64,000 bases of DNA from assembly GCA_951406725.2 (NCBI GenBank), contig OX597823.1, positions 77,934,001-77,998,000 of the forward strand. Reading direction: 5' to 3'. Below the pieces are notes generated by a model. That model did not search any database, was not told the origin of the DNA, and saw only the letters and a list, made by a program, of their open reading frames with translations. This DNA is from Octopus vulgaris (taxonomy: Eukaryota). Positions 39,610-54,508 of this stretch are shown here, one piece after another. A program made the translations under genes and the position numbers. Position 1 is the first letter of the stretch; the number at the start of each line of letters is the position of its first letter.

Positions 39610-40051
<442 letters not shown>

Positions 40052-40417
40052 AATATTTCTTTCTTTTCTTCCTTCTATCTATGTGCATGTATATTAAGGG
40101 ACATTTCTTATAATATTATTAAAAATATATTGATCAAATAATAAAAAAGGGGAAAGTTTGTTTTGAAATAATAAATAATATCTGCCAGAAGGAATCAGAT
40201 GTTTTCTAATAAATTTCTATTTAAATCTCTTCCAAAAAGAATACACATCAACCATTTTTCCTTGTGTCCCATCAGGAGCCTCCAGCTAACTAATTCATAG
40301 ATAGATCAGTTTGCACTAATTGGTTGATCTACCATATAAATAAATAAATAAATATGCGTGTGTGTATTAGTCTATATGCATAAGTATGCAAGTGTGTATG
40401 TGTAAATATATATATAC

Positions 40418-40465
<48 letters not shown>

Positions 40466-41469
40466 TCACATGTTTGTGGATATGTATATATATATATCCA
40501 TACTCACATGTTTGTGGATATATATATGTATGCATGTATGTATTTTGACATGTGTGTGTGGTGGGGTTATGTATGTACACAAATATATAAATATACTAGA
40601 AGTTGATCTAGCTTTGCTCAGGAAATGTAGCACTCATTAGTTTTCAAATATTTTCCCAATTTTTCCTTTCTCGTCCTTTTTCTATCTTCACTATTATATA
40701 CATTCATCCCATGCAGTGAATGTATATAATCATGGTATTTCTGTATAGATTTATTATTCCAAATACATTTTCTGTATTATAATAACAGGTAAATTGTTAT
40801 TTTTTTTATTTATTAAAGTTTTATCTATGATTCATGAAAAAAAGAAAATTACACATGCCACTGCATTGTAACCATGCTACATCGTTCAATATCTTCAATA
40901 TACACACACACATAAAATAACTGGACTGTAGTTTTGCCTAGTCCATAGATGAATGTTTGCCAGTACATTTTGATGCAATAAAAGTTATCAAGGTTGTGAG
41001 AAATATAGACAGTCATGCAACTTGCGCATCGCAGAGAAGCTTCACATAATCTCTATTTTGTTTTTAAAATGTTATAATCAGGGAGGAAGGCAGAGGCTAT
41101 GGCCCTTCATAGAGCCTTGAGACTAGTGGAAGGAAGGGAGGAAGGGAGAAAATGTCCTTAAATTGGAAACTTGGACCAAATGCATGAAACAGAGTAGATT
41201 CTGCTAAAGCACCCAAAGTGCCTGGTGATGGGTTAAACCAGACAACATATTGAGTCTTCTGCTCATGTATGCCATGGCAGGCTTTGAATTTGAAATGCAA
41301 AGAGGTGGTACAAATGCTGAAAGGATTCCAGTCTGATATTCTTACAAGTTCAGAAATCCTACTGGATTGGTATATTTTCATTGACCCCATAAAATGATGA
41401 AAAGCAAAGTTTTCCTTAGCGAGATCTGAACTCAGAACACAGAATGTCTGAACAAATACTGCATAGTAT

Positions 41470-41890
41470 ACCTATTTCTTTACTGCCCACAAGGGGATAA
41501 ACATAGAGGGGGCAAACAAGGACAGAAAAAACGGATTAAGTCGAATACATCGACCCCAGTGCATAACTGGTACTTATGTAATCGACCCCGAAAGGATGAA
41601 AGGCAAAGTCGACCTCGGCAGAATTTGAATTCAGAACATAACAGTAGATGAAATACCTATTTCTTCACTACCCACATGGGGCTAAACACAGAGAGGACAA
41701 ACAAGGACAGACAAATGGATTAAGTTAATTATATCAACCCCAGTGCATAACTGGTACTTATGTAAACGACCCCGAAAGGATGAAAGGCAAAGTCGACCTT
41801 GGCGGAATTTGAACTCAGAACATAACGGCAGATGAAATACCACTAAGCATTTCGCCCGGCATGCTAACGTTTCTGCCAGCTCGCCACCTT
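41470..41890 (-). mobile_element. Head-to-tail dimer of family C SINE nested in an older related copy, 15-bp TSD
   Basis: TSD AATACTGCATAGTAT at 41455-41469 and 41891-41905. Confidence 0.9.
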
Positions 41891-42719
41891 AATACTGCAT
41901 AGTATTCTATCATAAGTTAATTACTCTGCCAGTTGCCCTCCAGTCATAAATGAAAACCAATGAGTTAATATTCGTTTACCAACACACAACTAAATTCTTT
42001 CTTGAGTATTTTTCAGTAAAGGCTACCATAACACACATTACATGATAGCTGACACCTATCAGTTTATACTGCAAAGCCTACTTAAGTTATCTTATTACTT
42101 TCAAACTTGCTCAAGTGTTGTTTTCAACTGATTAAACACAAGTTTAATGTATGCGTATAATCTCTGTAATTTAGTCTCACATAAATTATTGCATAATGAA
42201 CATTGTACTTCACTTCCAGCATGCAGGTGGAATTAAGCATTCTTATTATTTTGTAGTACAACGTAAGCAAAATAACAACCATGATAGGTGCAGCTGGTAA
42301 GATGTTAGCTTCCCAACCACACTGTTCCATGTTCAGTCCCATTGCATGGTATCTTGAGCAAGTGAAACAAGTAAAAGTCAATTCATATATACGTACGTGT
42401 TGTCACATGCACATACATTTGTGTGTGCATATGAGCTTGTTTGTGACTACCCAATGTCCTCTCTTGACATCGTTTACATGCTTAGAGTGTAAAACAATGC
42501 TAGTGTTTAGATGGTGTCAATGATTCTTCTGTTATGGGAAAGATCAGAGGTATCTTAATTGGAAAAAGTAATGGTTGACAACAGAAAGGAAATCCAACCT
42601 CTGTATACGGCTCCAACAAAGTCTCATCTTACTGATAAATCAAAGGAAAAGAAGAGTGGTTTTTATGTGTGTGAATATGTATAATGCATATATATACATA
42701 ATATGTTTGACTCGGATCC

Positions 42720-42771
42720 GCATGACTTAGAGTTTCATGGGCATGAAAGACATGTCTGTGTCATCAGTCAA
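42720..42771 (-). ncRNA. Hammerhead core of the 2646-2697 family, stem I lost
   Basis: Minus strand: CTGATGA-C-ACAGACATG-TCTTT-CATGCCCAT-GAAAC-TCTAA-GTC-ATGCGGATCCGAGTCAAA; flanks homologous to 2495-2566 and 2694-2712. Confidence 0.55.
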
Positions 42772-42956
42772 ATTGTTATCCAATACATGTAACTCCAACC
42801 AAATCTGTTGCTTGCTACTTTCATATCTTCACTCTTATATATATACACGTATATATATATACATGCCAGTGTATCCATATGTGTGTGTATGTGTGTGTAT
42901 GTGAGTGCATTCACATGTGTGTATATGTATATAATTATATATATATATATACATAC

Positions 42957-42989
<33 letters not shown>

Positions 42990-43011
42990 AGTGCATTCAT
43001 GTGTGTGTGTA

Positions 43012-44259
43012 CAGGGTACATAAGATATTTGAAGACAGATTTATGTTTATTCTAAAAAACTGATATATAATAACAGATAATATCTTTATTTATCAAAAAA
43101 TGCTACAAGGATACAAATAAAACTTCTTTTCTATAATGTTATTCAATAAAACCACCTTCAGCTTCAACAGCTCCAAATCATCTATATGCTTGAATTAAGT
43201 GGTCCTGGTTCATTTTGGACATTACTCTGACTATGGCAGCATTCAAAGAATCTTTGGTGTTATGGACATGTTCATTGCCCTCTCTCTCAACAATGCTTCT
43301 CATGTAATAGTCCAATGGACTGAGATTTGGGGAATTAGGAGACCAAATGTTAGGGGTTATGTGATCATGAAAATTTTCAGCCATCTATTCCTGTGTTACC
43401 AGAGCCATGTGTGATAGTGCAGAGTCTTACTGAAATACATATAGCCTTCCACTGTCTATACGGGGTTTAACAATTATTTACAGGACCTCAATGTAGGCGG
43501 TAGAGTTAGCATTAAGGCCTTGTGGAAAGAAGTAAGGAAGCATTACGTGTCTTTCATTGCTGACAACCCCTAAAACCATCACAGTTGGACGAAATTTTGT
43601 ATGCATAACACTTGGAACTTCAGAAGGGTCTGCACATTACCATCTGTCGTTTCTTCTGTTAACTTTTTGATTTTGGTTGAAGTTTTTCTTGCTTGAGAAA
43701 GAAACCGAATCAGATCTTATTCTGCTGGATTTTTCAGTTTATTTTAAGAGCCTTTTAGATCAGATGTAGTAATTTTTTTTTGTTTTGCTTTTCTGGCAAA
43801 ATGACCTTTCCTCATCATATAAGACTTATATCTGTCTTCGTGAACAACATTTTCTGACTGTTCCTTCTGACACTTGGAGATCTTTTGCAACTGAACTCAT
43901 GGACTTCCTGGCATTGTAATCAGTGGTCTGTTGAACTTGTTGGATAAATTCAGGTGTTCTGATGATTTCAGAGAGTCTAGAATGCTTTTTATGCTATGAT
44001 ACTGGTGATACATTTCTATCTTCACTCTCTAACTCCTTAAAAACTTTGTAGACAAAAGATCAGGCAACTTTTAAAAAATGAGATTTTTCTAAATCGTTAT
44101 ACTCCGCCTTTATAACCACAATAACAGCATACCTCTTCATTTCTTGAGTAAGCTGAGGGTCTGCCATTATCATTTTCTGAAACAAAGATTATACAGAGTT
44201 TGCAAAACATGCAACAATTTCCCAAAAATGGTATGTCCACAAATACCTTATGCACCCTG
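43012..44259 (-). mobile_element. Near full-length maT (DD37D) Tc1/mariner transposon with pseudogenised transposase
   Basis: TA-flanked TIRs CAGGGT(A/G)CATAAG(A/G)TATTTG; motifs FFSSKKNFNQNQKVNRRNDRW, YVFQ*DSALSH and WSPNSPNLSPLDY with 37 codons between the 2nd and 3rd D. Confidence 0.92.
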
Positions 44260-44277
44260 TATATAAGTATATATATA

Positions 44278-44674
44278 TCTTTATTTATAAAAGTAAGGTT
44301 GTGTGTCTGTCTCCTACGATTTAGATTCCTAACTACTCCCACATTTTGCGGTGCAGTTTAACCAAAACCGGGTATCTTATAGTCGTGATTCATATCAAGC
44401 CCTTCTGGGTATTAGCACGTGTCTACGATGAGTCTACGATTTTAAAAATAATTTACCATCATTTTTTCCATTTTAATGCACTTTTTTCGCTATTATATAA
44501 GGGAGGTAACTCTCTAAAAATGTCTACGATGAGTCAACGATTTAAACAAAAATTTACCATCACTTTTTTTCCATTTTTAATGCATTTTTTTGCTATTTTT
44601 TGGCTATAACTCTCTAAAAATGCTTTATAGTTATTTCCCTTACAAACCCGAGCAACGCTGGGCGATACTGCTAG
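44278..44674 (+). mobile_element. Non-autonomous Helitron, second subfamily
   Basis: A|TC..CCCGAGCAACGCTGGG..CTAG|T termini; internal ~100-bp tandem duplication. Confidence 0.88.
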
Positions 44675-44855
44675 TTTATATATAAATAAATATATATATA
44701 TAAATAAATATATATATATATAAATATATATATGGATGCACACACATGCATTTAATCTTGAGAATTTTCCTCTTACATAATATTTTTGCTTCATCTATTT
44801 GAAAATGTCTTCTCTGTTCTACTATAAATGCCATTTTTTTTTGTCTTTATTTCAG

Positions 44856-45070
44856 GTGCTCTCATGATTACCTTGATATTTATGCTGAATTGCAAAGTGA
44901 TTCTGATAGTCTTCTAGATGCTTCCTTGACAGGTCGCTTCTGTGGAGATGTTCTCAAAAATCTCCCGCGACTTGTTATTTCATCAAGAAATGTTCTCATG
45001 CTCGGCTTCTATACCGATGACTATAAAGCCGATAAGGGATTTTCAGTATCCTACGAATTCATCGATGGCA
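44856..45070 (+). CDS. Internal exon, C-terminal half of the same CUB domain
   Basis: TTTCAG acceptor and GTAAGT donor; 215 nt, phase 2 in (AT|G = Met), phase 1 out; CSHDYLDIYAELQSDSDSLLDASLTGRFCGDVLKNLPRLVISSRNVLMLGFYTDDYKADKGFSVSYEFIDG shows CUB motifs C..DYL.I, G.FCG and F.TD....GF...Y. Confidence 0.95.
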
Positions 45071-45764
45071 GTAAGTACCATTTGCATTTATTGTAGTTTT
45101 CCAGAATTTTCCAAATATAATTTTAGTAATCTTCACTGGAACTCTCTTTGTATACAATAAATATAATTGATAATTCAGCAAAGTGAAAAGCAACTATGTT
45201 AAATAAAAAAAAAAAAAAATGAAATTATCATATAATCATATGAGGATTATTCTAGATGGTTTGGAAACTGAAATGCTATGTATTATGCAATATGAATTTG
45301 TGTCTTTGAGATTCCCTTACTTTATTTCTTATTTGTTGTTTTATTTGTCTGTTCCTTAACTTAGTATATAATTTTACAAATGCTTGATTATATATATTAA
45401 TATAGCTTAGAACTAACATGCTATCTTAAAGATAGCATTTTGGCAGCTACACCCACACATTCTTATATATTTGTACTACAGATTTATAGAGATGCATACA
45501 TATACATGGATATAGGTACAGTATTTCTTGTGTGCACTGTTAAATGAACAATTGCCACTGGTCGGTTTACAGCCTCCTACAGAATATTTGAACATTTGAT
45601 GTGTGTAATGTGTTTCTCTGATGAATAGTTATAGTTCAGTACCCAAAGGATGCAAATGACCACATTAGTAAAATGTATTTCAGGAACAAATGGTATACTC
45701 TGCATCTTGTGTTTATTATTTCTCCAACATATATATCATCATCATCATCATCATCATCATCATC

Positions 45765-46350
45765 GTTTAGTTGAACAAATCGACACCAAAACTCATTCTT
45801 TGTAAGCCTAGTATTTACTCTATCAGTCTCTTTTGCCAAACTGCTAAGTTATAGTGACATAGACACACCAACATCAGTTGTCAAGTGATGGTGTGTGGGG
45901 GTAGGCAAACACAGACATCCAGCTGTAGAAACACTGCCAGATAAGACTGAGCCTGGCGTAGCCTTCTGGCTCCCCAGACCCCAGTTGAACCGCCCAACCC
46001 ATGCTAGCATGGAAAACGGACGTTAAACGATGATGATGATGATATATATATATATATGCAATAGGCTTCTTTCAGTTTCCATGGCCTGAGGCTATAGCAG
46101 AAGACACTTGCCCGAGGTGCCACTCAGTGAGACTGAACCCTGTACCATGTGGTTGTAAGCAAGCTACTTACCACACAGCCATTTCTGCACTTATGAGTGC
46201 ATGTGTGTGTGTGTGTGTGACAAGCTTATTCAGTTTTTGTTTACCAAATCCACAGGACTATAGTAGAAAACACTGCCCAAGGTTCCATACAGTGGGACTG
46301 AACTCTGAACCATGTGGTTGGGAAGCAAGCTTATTGCAACACCAGCCACA
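45765..46350 (-). mobile_element. Family A SINE pieces interrupted by a + strand family B 3' fragment (45918-46042)
   Basis: Homology to the A and B copies elsewhere in the window. Confidence 0.75.
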
Positions 46351-47329
46351 CAATATTAATAAGTAGTACGGGAAATATTTGCAAACAGCAGCAAGCACAA
46401 GTAATCATCAGAAATAGTTTAGAAGGGCATTTCTACCATTCTCGGAATGTCAACATCTCTTCATATCACAAGGATCAAAAGTGTAATAAACCTTTCTTCC
46501 AGCCAATGGGAAGGATTAAAAGCTAGAGAATTTATAACGGTAGTATTTCTTAATATCTTGTCTTTCACAGATGTTTGGATACCATTTTATGCTTTTATAC
46601 ACAGGTATTCCTGTTAGAGATCATACATTAGAACTGAAGATAGAATTCTGTTTTTACTGATAACATCAAGGCTACTTTTTTTTTTTTTCATTATTTAATC
46701 TGACTTCACTTACCTTTGATATTCTTTATAATCCAACATATTAACTGTTTAGCCACAGTATCACATCATGATATTAAAGCTTTAGCAGTTTTTCCTTTTA
46801 GTTGTGAAGGAATATCAACATTTGTACTTGCCTGCTTGTGTGTATAATAGTATTAGGATAGCCTCAAGGATTTAATACAATGCTTTAAGATGGTTCATTG
46901 TTTTGTAAAATTGAAGGACAGCCAGTTGTTGTTGTTGTTGTTGTTGTTGCCTATCTCCAGGTCAAATACATTCCATAAATGACCATCACATCTATTTTCT
47001 TTTCAAACAAGTTATTATGAAAACTTTCTCTTTATCTAATGTTACCGCCTTTTTTTAATGCGGTTTGATGTGATATGAGGTAAACTTTGTAATTACATCC
47101 AGCAAGCCAAGTGACCATATAGAGACACTCCCACCTTCATGTCAGAAAGATCAGATTGGCCAGCTGACAGAAATGGTAGAGCTTATGACTAAAGGCTACA
47201 AATGGATCCTATCATATCCTGAGCTTTTGTAAAAGGACAATAGAGATCAAATCTTTTCAGTGTGAAACTTATCTTTTAGTTTTCAGGGTTTGATCAGTAC
47301 AACTAATGCCTCTACATGAGTTAAGCTAC

Positions 47330-47850
<521 letters not shown>

Positions 47851-47902
47851 CTGAATGTATAATCCTATTTGAATTATAAAATTCATACAATGCTGTGGTT
47901 GA

Positions 47903-48414
47903 CCCTTTAATATTTAGATTTCTCTGTCAAATGTAATGCTTATTTATTTATTCTGAATCTATCATGTATTATCCTTGAGATTTCAATGACATGATTCTTC
48001 ATTTTGAGAATAACATTGTAGGGTAGATGCGAGAGGCCTGATCTGGCCAGATTGAACATAAAACAGGTAGAATACTTTGGCTGGATATAGCTAGCTTAGG
48101 AAGGAATTACAACCGTGTTTCATGGTCTGCTACCACAACAGCTCCTTTATAGGATCCAGTTAGCTCAAGACATCATCAGCAGGAACCACGTCCGGTTTTG
48201 GCCCCTACTCCTCTACTGTTTTGATGTGGTGGGGCCCCCACTTTCGGAGATGTCTTCAGCTCTGGTGTTGGGTGCATGTCTTCTTTCTTCTGTTTCCTGG
48301 CCTCTTTGATGTATCGTCAGCGAGTGTCAGCCGGTGACTGACTAACTTGTCAAATTTTTTGATTTAAATACCTGCCGCATAGGCTCCAGCAGGCAGCCCC
48401 AGCAAGTTAAAGGG
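47903..48414. mobile_element. piggyBac-like MITE carrying a GC-rich insert (about 48097-48406)
   Basis: TTGA|CCCTTTAA..TTAAAGGG|TTAA ends; body homologous in inverted orientation to about 23075-23283. Confidence 0.55.
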
Positions 48415-49039
48415 TTAATTGAATACCATATTTCCCAGCATGCAAGTCAATTTCTCAAACCAAAATTTATAGTAAAAAAAAAAAGTAGGTCAACTTGTAA
48501 ACCAAAACAGCTTTGGAGGATCAAAACTCCCTTGTGAAATGCAGCAGCATTTGGAACGATAGTAACAGTGTTTGAATGTTCACACTACATGTTAACACTC
48601 TATACTATGTCGATTTGTATGCAAGAAAATGCAATACAGGTAGTATATTGTTAATTAAAATAGCTGTCTATACTTCTTAGCTTCATTGGAATTGTTTCTT
48701 ATCTAATCAAAAATATATAACATAGCCAGGGTGTTTATATAATTTGTTTATCTGGGAATATTTTTGTAGATCATTCCTTAAACATGCTAAAAGAGATTGT
48801 AATTTGTTATCAATTTTCTTTCTAGTTATCTCTAAATAATGATGTGGAAGCAATTTAATATCTGTTTTCCTGGGAAAAAAAAAAAAAAACTTTCACAATA
48901 TTGAGATCGTTATGTCTATATATATGTGCAAAGTACAATTTTTGAATTACTTTAGCCTAGTAAGTTTGTAACGGTGGTTAATTGGAAATATTTCTTTTCA
49001 GTTTTTGTTTTCTTGTTCTACTCTTTACAAACACACACA

Positions 49040-49492
49040 CCATCATCATCATCATCATCATCATCATTTTAACGTTCACTTTCCAGTGACTGCATGGGTT
49101 GGATGGAGTTTATTGAGGCAGATTTCTACAGCTGGATGCCATTCTTGCTGCTAAACTTTACCTGTTTCCAAGCAAAGTAATATTTCCCATTACCAGACAT
49201 GTTTTCGCAGAATACTCAAAATGTACGACACCACTTGTATGACAGTGATACTCATTTTACAGCTCTCATTTTATGTGAAGACAAGAAGACACAGACACAC
49301 ACAGACACACACAGACACGCATATATACAATGGGTTTCTTTCAGTTTCCATCTACCAAATCCATTCACAAGGCATTAGTTGGCTCAAGGCTACAATAGAA
49401 GACATTTACCCAAGGTACTATACAGTGGGATTGAACCCAGAATCCTGACGTTAGGAAGCAGGCTTCTTACCACACAGCTGTGTCTGCACCTA
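49040..49492 (-). mobile_element. SINE with family A head and (GAT)n B-like tail
   Basis: Chimeric module order. Confidence 0.75.
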
Positions 49493-49669
49493 TTTATGAT
49501 TATTTTAATTAATGTTAATGTGTATATTATGATTTTTATGAGGTATCTACCACTTTAGTTATTGCTATATTTTCGTGTATGTTTATCTTGGAAAATTTCC
49601 TAACATTTTTCATCTTCCTTTTACTCTCCCCCACGTTTATTTGGTCTCCAACTCCAACATAATCAAATG

Positions 49670-50061
49670 TACTCTTTACTCTTTTACTTGTTTCAGTCAT
49701 TTGACTGTGACCATGCTGGAGCACCCCCTTTAGTCAAGCAAATCACCCACAGGACTTATTCTTTGGAAGCCTAGTACTTATTCTATCGGTCTCTTTTGCC
49801 AAACCACTAAGTTACAGAGACATAAATACACCAGCATCGGTTGTCAAGCAATGTTGGAGGGACAAACACAGACATACAAACACACACACACACATATATA
49901 TATACATATATACGGCGGGCTTCTTTCAGTTTCTGTCTACCAAATCCTCTCACAAATCTTTAGTAGAAGACACTTGCCCAAGGTGTCACACAGTGGGACT
50001 GAACCGGGAACCATGTGGTTGGTAAGCAAGCTACTTACCACACAGCCACTCCTGCACCTAT
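49670..50061 (-). mobile_element. Family A SINE
   Basis: Homology to 22246-22662. Confidence 0.88.
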
Positions 50062-50844
50062 ACCATCCTGTACCATCAAGTTAGTTTCTAGTTTTACCTT
50101 CACAGCCACAATTTTTTAACTCCTATCACCTCTAATTCATATATTTTTTTATCACATTCAAATTGATTTGTCTTAAACTGCAATCTGTTAGGAAATATTA
50201 ATATTCAATATCTGTCTGTTACTAAGTTTAATCTTAGTTATTTCACAAAAGCCTAAACATATTTAATCATTTTTAAAATTAAAACACAAAATTTATATAA
50301 TTTTCCTTTTTTTTAGAATTATCACAAAAGGGTGAAAATTTTATATTTTTGAAGATTATAGTAATTTCTTTTCTTCAGTTACGCAATGTTAAGGTTGGAA
50401 AAAAAAAAAAAATTTAGTAAGAAAGAAAATATCAAATACTGCCAAATAGTATGTTGCTGATAGCAAGGGTATACAAAACAAATATTGTGTACTTCAGCCA
50501 ACAAGATAGGATCTCAGTGAGAACTGCTGCAACAAGACTCTGCAAACAAATGCAGAGCAGACTTCCTGCAGATATCTGATCAATTCAAGAGATGGCCATT
50601 TCCTGCCAGATTTGTTTTTACAGAGTTATTACAAAAAGTCAAGACCAGTCTATCTCATTTTTGTCAGTTTGAGTTTTTCAATAGATTATACCATGGCTCT
50701 CAACAATAATTGTATTTGGATCAAGTCAACAAAGAAGCACCTACATGGTTACTAGACAGATAGAAGTAAATTACAAAATCGCCCTCAAACCATTTTCTAG
50801 TGTTTTAAATATAAAAAAAGAACATGAAATACTTTTATTCCATA

Positions 50845-51234
50845 CTAGCAGTATCGCCCGGCGTTGCTCGGGTTTGTTTCGACCCTTTAGAATTGAAATT
50901 TTTGAAAAGTAAAAATTTTGCATTATGTAGCTTGTTATTTACTTTAAGTGAACATTTTTCTGGTTGAAATACACTGAAAAATGGTGACACAGCTGTCAAA
51001 AAATCGTAAAAAATAGGGATTTTCGTAGAAAAAAAGCACCTTTTTGATGTAAATAATTTTTGGTGTTAACATGGTCCGATTTGAATTGTTTCTTCTACGG
51101 AAGGAAGAGCAAGCCTCCTTCTATCATACTCTCAATTTTGGTCAACTTGTGTGACAGGGTCTCGGAGGAGATAGTGTTAGTTGGAGGCTACCAAACCTGC
51201 CATACACAGACAACTTAAGCTTTATATATATAGA
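50845..51234 (-). mobile_element. Non-autonomous Helitron (390 bp)
   Basis: Canonical A|TC..CCCGAGCAACGCCGGG hairpin..CTAG|T. Confidence 0.92.
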
Positions 51235-52015
51235 TATGCTCCTAAAAAATATGACAGGTTTGCCTCAGATGGAATACATTTGGTCATAGGTCTGTTCAGT
51301 TATATCAGGCAACAACTAGAGTATTCGGTGTATGTAAAAGGATTAATAAGTGACACAGTAGCCCAAAAGGGGGTTGTCCTTAAAGTATTGTTCATAGTGA
51401 AACTTTAGAATCCAAACTTTGGTATTTTATCATGATTTGAAATATGCCCTTCGTCATTTCACAGACAGTTCTGTAATTATAAAAAATAAAAAATAAAAAC
51501 TCAAATCTGAAAGAAGATTGGTTTCTAAGCATAGTGATGGATATTTTGCTACTGGTTATATTTTACATTCAATACAAAGTTGCTGATTAAGTACTATATT
51601 AGCAGGTCACTTTTATGTTTCTCTATTTTTGTTTTTCCACCTTATCGATGTTTTGGTTGTATTTACCATTTAAGCTTACCTCAGGTCTCAGTCTTGCATT
51701 ATTTGTAAATTTCGATATCTGTGCTCTTGTTATCAACTGGTACAGAAAATGAAACTATGTCTAGGGATAACTAATCTTTGTTTTTGATTTTTAATACACA
51801 TTTTTTTGTGACTGCATTACTTGAGTGGTTTGTTTCTGCTATTTTTCATTTGACTCTTTGGAGCAGTTTTATAGATGAATACCTGTCCTCCAGTTAAAAG
51901 CCTTTACCTTTTAAGTAGGTGCAGAGCCTGCATTTTATCAGTCTAGAACAAATGAGAGTTTCAACATAATACTTAGTTCGATCTCTATATGTTTAATAAT
52001 CCAGTCATTGTGTCT

Positions 52016-52217
52016 CTAGCGGTATTTCGTCTGCCTCTACATTCTGAGTTCAAATTCCACTGAGGTCGACTTTGCCTTTCATCCATTTGGGGTCGATTAA
52101 ATAAGTACCAGTCACACACAGGGGTCGATATAATCGACTTAATCTGTTTGTCTGTCATTGTTTGTCTGTCATTGTTTGTCCTCTCTGTGTTTAGCCCCTT
52201 GTGGGTAGTAAAGAAAT
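52016..52217 (+). mobile_element. Family C SINE, 5'-truncated
   Basis: GTCGACTTTGCCTTTCATCCATTTGGGGTCGATTAAATAAGTACCAG. Confidence 0.85.
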
Positions 52218-53205
52218 GTATATTTGAATGTATATCAAACCACACGCACACACATAAGCAAGCACTCTCATACATAGTATGCAACAAAATTAGGGAACAA
52301 ATCAATGATTTGGGTATTGATTTTCTCTGGTAGTTAAATTAGGTTTTGTTTCACTAATGTCAGAGTTCAGATTATAAATTCTTTTGTATTCATAGTTTTT
52401 AAGATATCTTACACCTTGTAAGACACACAACAATATGTTGACTGAGTAAATATGCTAATTTCTATCATGAAATGTAATTACTTTGATTCATTAAGTTTTA
52501 TAAACTTAAAAATCTTCTTTATTGTAACATTAAAAACAATATTGATCACCCAATTTCTATCTTTAATTTCTTTTTTCATTTGTCAAGATGGAGAATTTAT
52601 CAATAAACAAGATCATAGAGTGCTTACTGTTATTCATTAAGTCTTTCACTAACAGCTCATTATTACAAGATTCCACATGAAATTACAAAGTAATGGCTAT
52701 TAAATTGAAGAAAATTTGTTTTTAATTTTAAGGTAAACTTAGAAATCTTTTTATGCAAACTTCAATCATGCTAAGAAACAGATATATAGTAGTCAGATGT
52801 GTCCAGCTGTAGTTTGTTCTCACTTTATGGTGTTTTTAGTAAGAAGTGGTATGTGGGTGGTTTGCTTGATATTTAATGGCATCTAAAATTATTATTCAGT
52901 CTTTTATTCTTTTATTGGTTTCAGTTAGTTGTAGCCATTCTGAGGTGCTATTTTCAAAGATCTTTTTTTTTTTTTTTTACCTAATCATATCAACTTTAAT
53001 ACTTAGTCTAGTGCCTGTTTCATCAGTGTCTATATATAGTTTGACTGGGTTCAAGGTCTGCTTTATGTTCCAGCATCTCCTTTGGCATGGTTTCTCAAAA
53101 TGTGTCCCTTCCTGGTGCCAACCAAATTACAGTGTGTCCTCAATGCTTTTCTTTTTGCCACCAGTATTAGTGAGGTTGTCATGCAACTCTCTCTCTATCT
53201 CTCTG

Positions 53206-53512
53206 TGGAGGCACATGGCCTAGTGGTTAAAGCAGCAGACTCGCAGTCAAGGGATCATGAATTCGAATCTCAGACCGGGTGATGTGTGTGTTTATGAGTG
53301 AAATACCTAAGCTCCACTCGGCTCTGGCAGAAGGTAATGGCAAACATCTGCTGACTCTTTCGCCACAACTTTCTCTCACTCTTTCCTCCTGCATCTAGCA
53401 GCACACCTGCAACGGACTGGCGTCCTGTCCAGGTGGGGAACCTATACGCCAATGAAACCGGGAAACCGGCCCTTATGAGTCAGGGATGGCTCGAGAAGGA
53501 ACAAACAACAAA
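53206..53512 (+). mobile_element. tRNA-Arg-derived SINE (octopus OR-type)
   Basis: A-box TGGCCTAGTGG, anticodon arm GAC-TCG-CAGTC, B-box-like TTCGAATC, (AAC)n tail. Confidence 0.8.
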
Positions 53513-54465
53513 CTCTCTCTCTCTCTCTCTCTCTCTCACACATACACACATTCAATAGATTTACATACAGTTTCTGTCTACCAAATTTCACTCTAAAGGA
53601 ATTGGTTAACCAGAGATTATAGTAGAAGACACTTGCTCAAGGTAGCACACAGTAAGACTGATCTAGAAGCCACATAGCTACAAAACAAACTCCTTAATCA
53701 TACAGCCATTCCTAACCCTTTTAAATAAAGCCACTGATTCCACTTAGTTTATTTGCAACATTCGCAATAACAATATGTCACAGGATCTCATAAAACTGGA
53801 AAATATCACAAGCTGTAAATTATTCTACTACAGCCATCATAAATATTTCGAAGCCCATATTCCGAACAAAGTTATGAAATGAAAGCAATTCCTTGATATG
53901 AAATTGATTGAGGGAAAACTGCAGTTTGCAAACAGTTGACAGCTGCAAATCCAATATCTTTTTAATGATCAATAATAATCCAATAATTGGCTGAATATTA
54001 TATAAAGCCTCATATTTAACTTTTATTGAATTTGTTACCTCTAAAGACTCGTGGTTGTTGTTGCTGCCATTGTTGTTGTCTAATTCTAGATCAGCTTCAT
54101 TGAGTGGACCCAGGATCAAAGGTATTCCAGTCGTGACAATAAAGCTTCTGCCTCAGGCATTGTTTATCTAAGGTTATGTTATTCAGTGTGTCCGTCCTTT
54201 TATCTGAAGTGTCAAAATGAGATTTGAGGAGAATAGTTTACGGTGCTATTTCTAACAGACTGAGAGACTAAGCATATGGTCTCTTATTGCCTTGGAGTGC
54301 TTTAAGTTTGTTCACTTGATATTGCTTGGTTGTTGTAGTTGCTTTGCTTAGAATTTGCTCCAGATGAGCTGTGGTCCCCATTTTCTTTCTTAACAATCTT
54401 GAAGCCAATTAACTAAAAACAAAACTTCAATTAATAATGGTTAAGGTTCTAACTTCAAGATGACA

Positions 54466-54504
<39 letters not shown>

Positions 54505-54508
<4 letters not shown>

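Noticed and set aside
46571-46604. Candidate micro-exon (TTTCACAG..ACAG|GTATTC) after the second CUB exon
   Set aside because: Weak donor and no CUB- or linker-like peptide.
53206-53280. Apparent tRNA-Arg(UCG) gene
   Set aside because: The acceptor stem is not intact and the sequence runs straight into a SINE body and tail.
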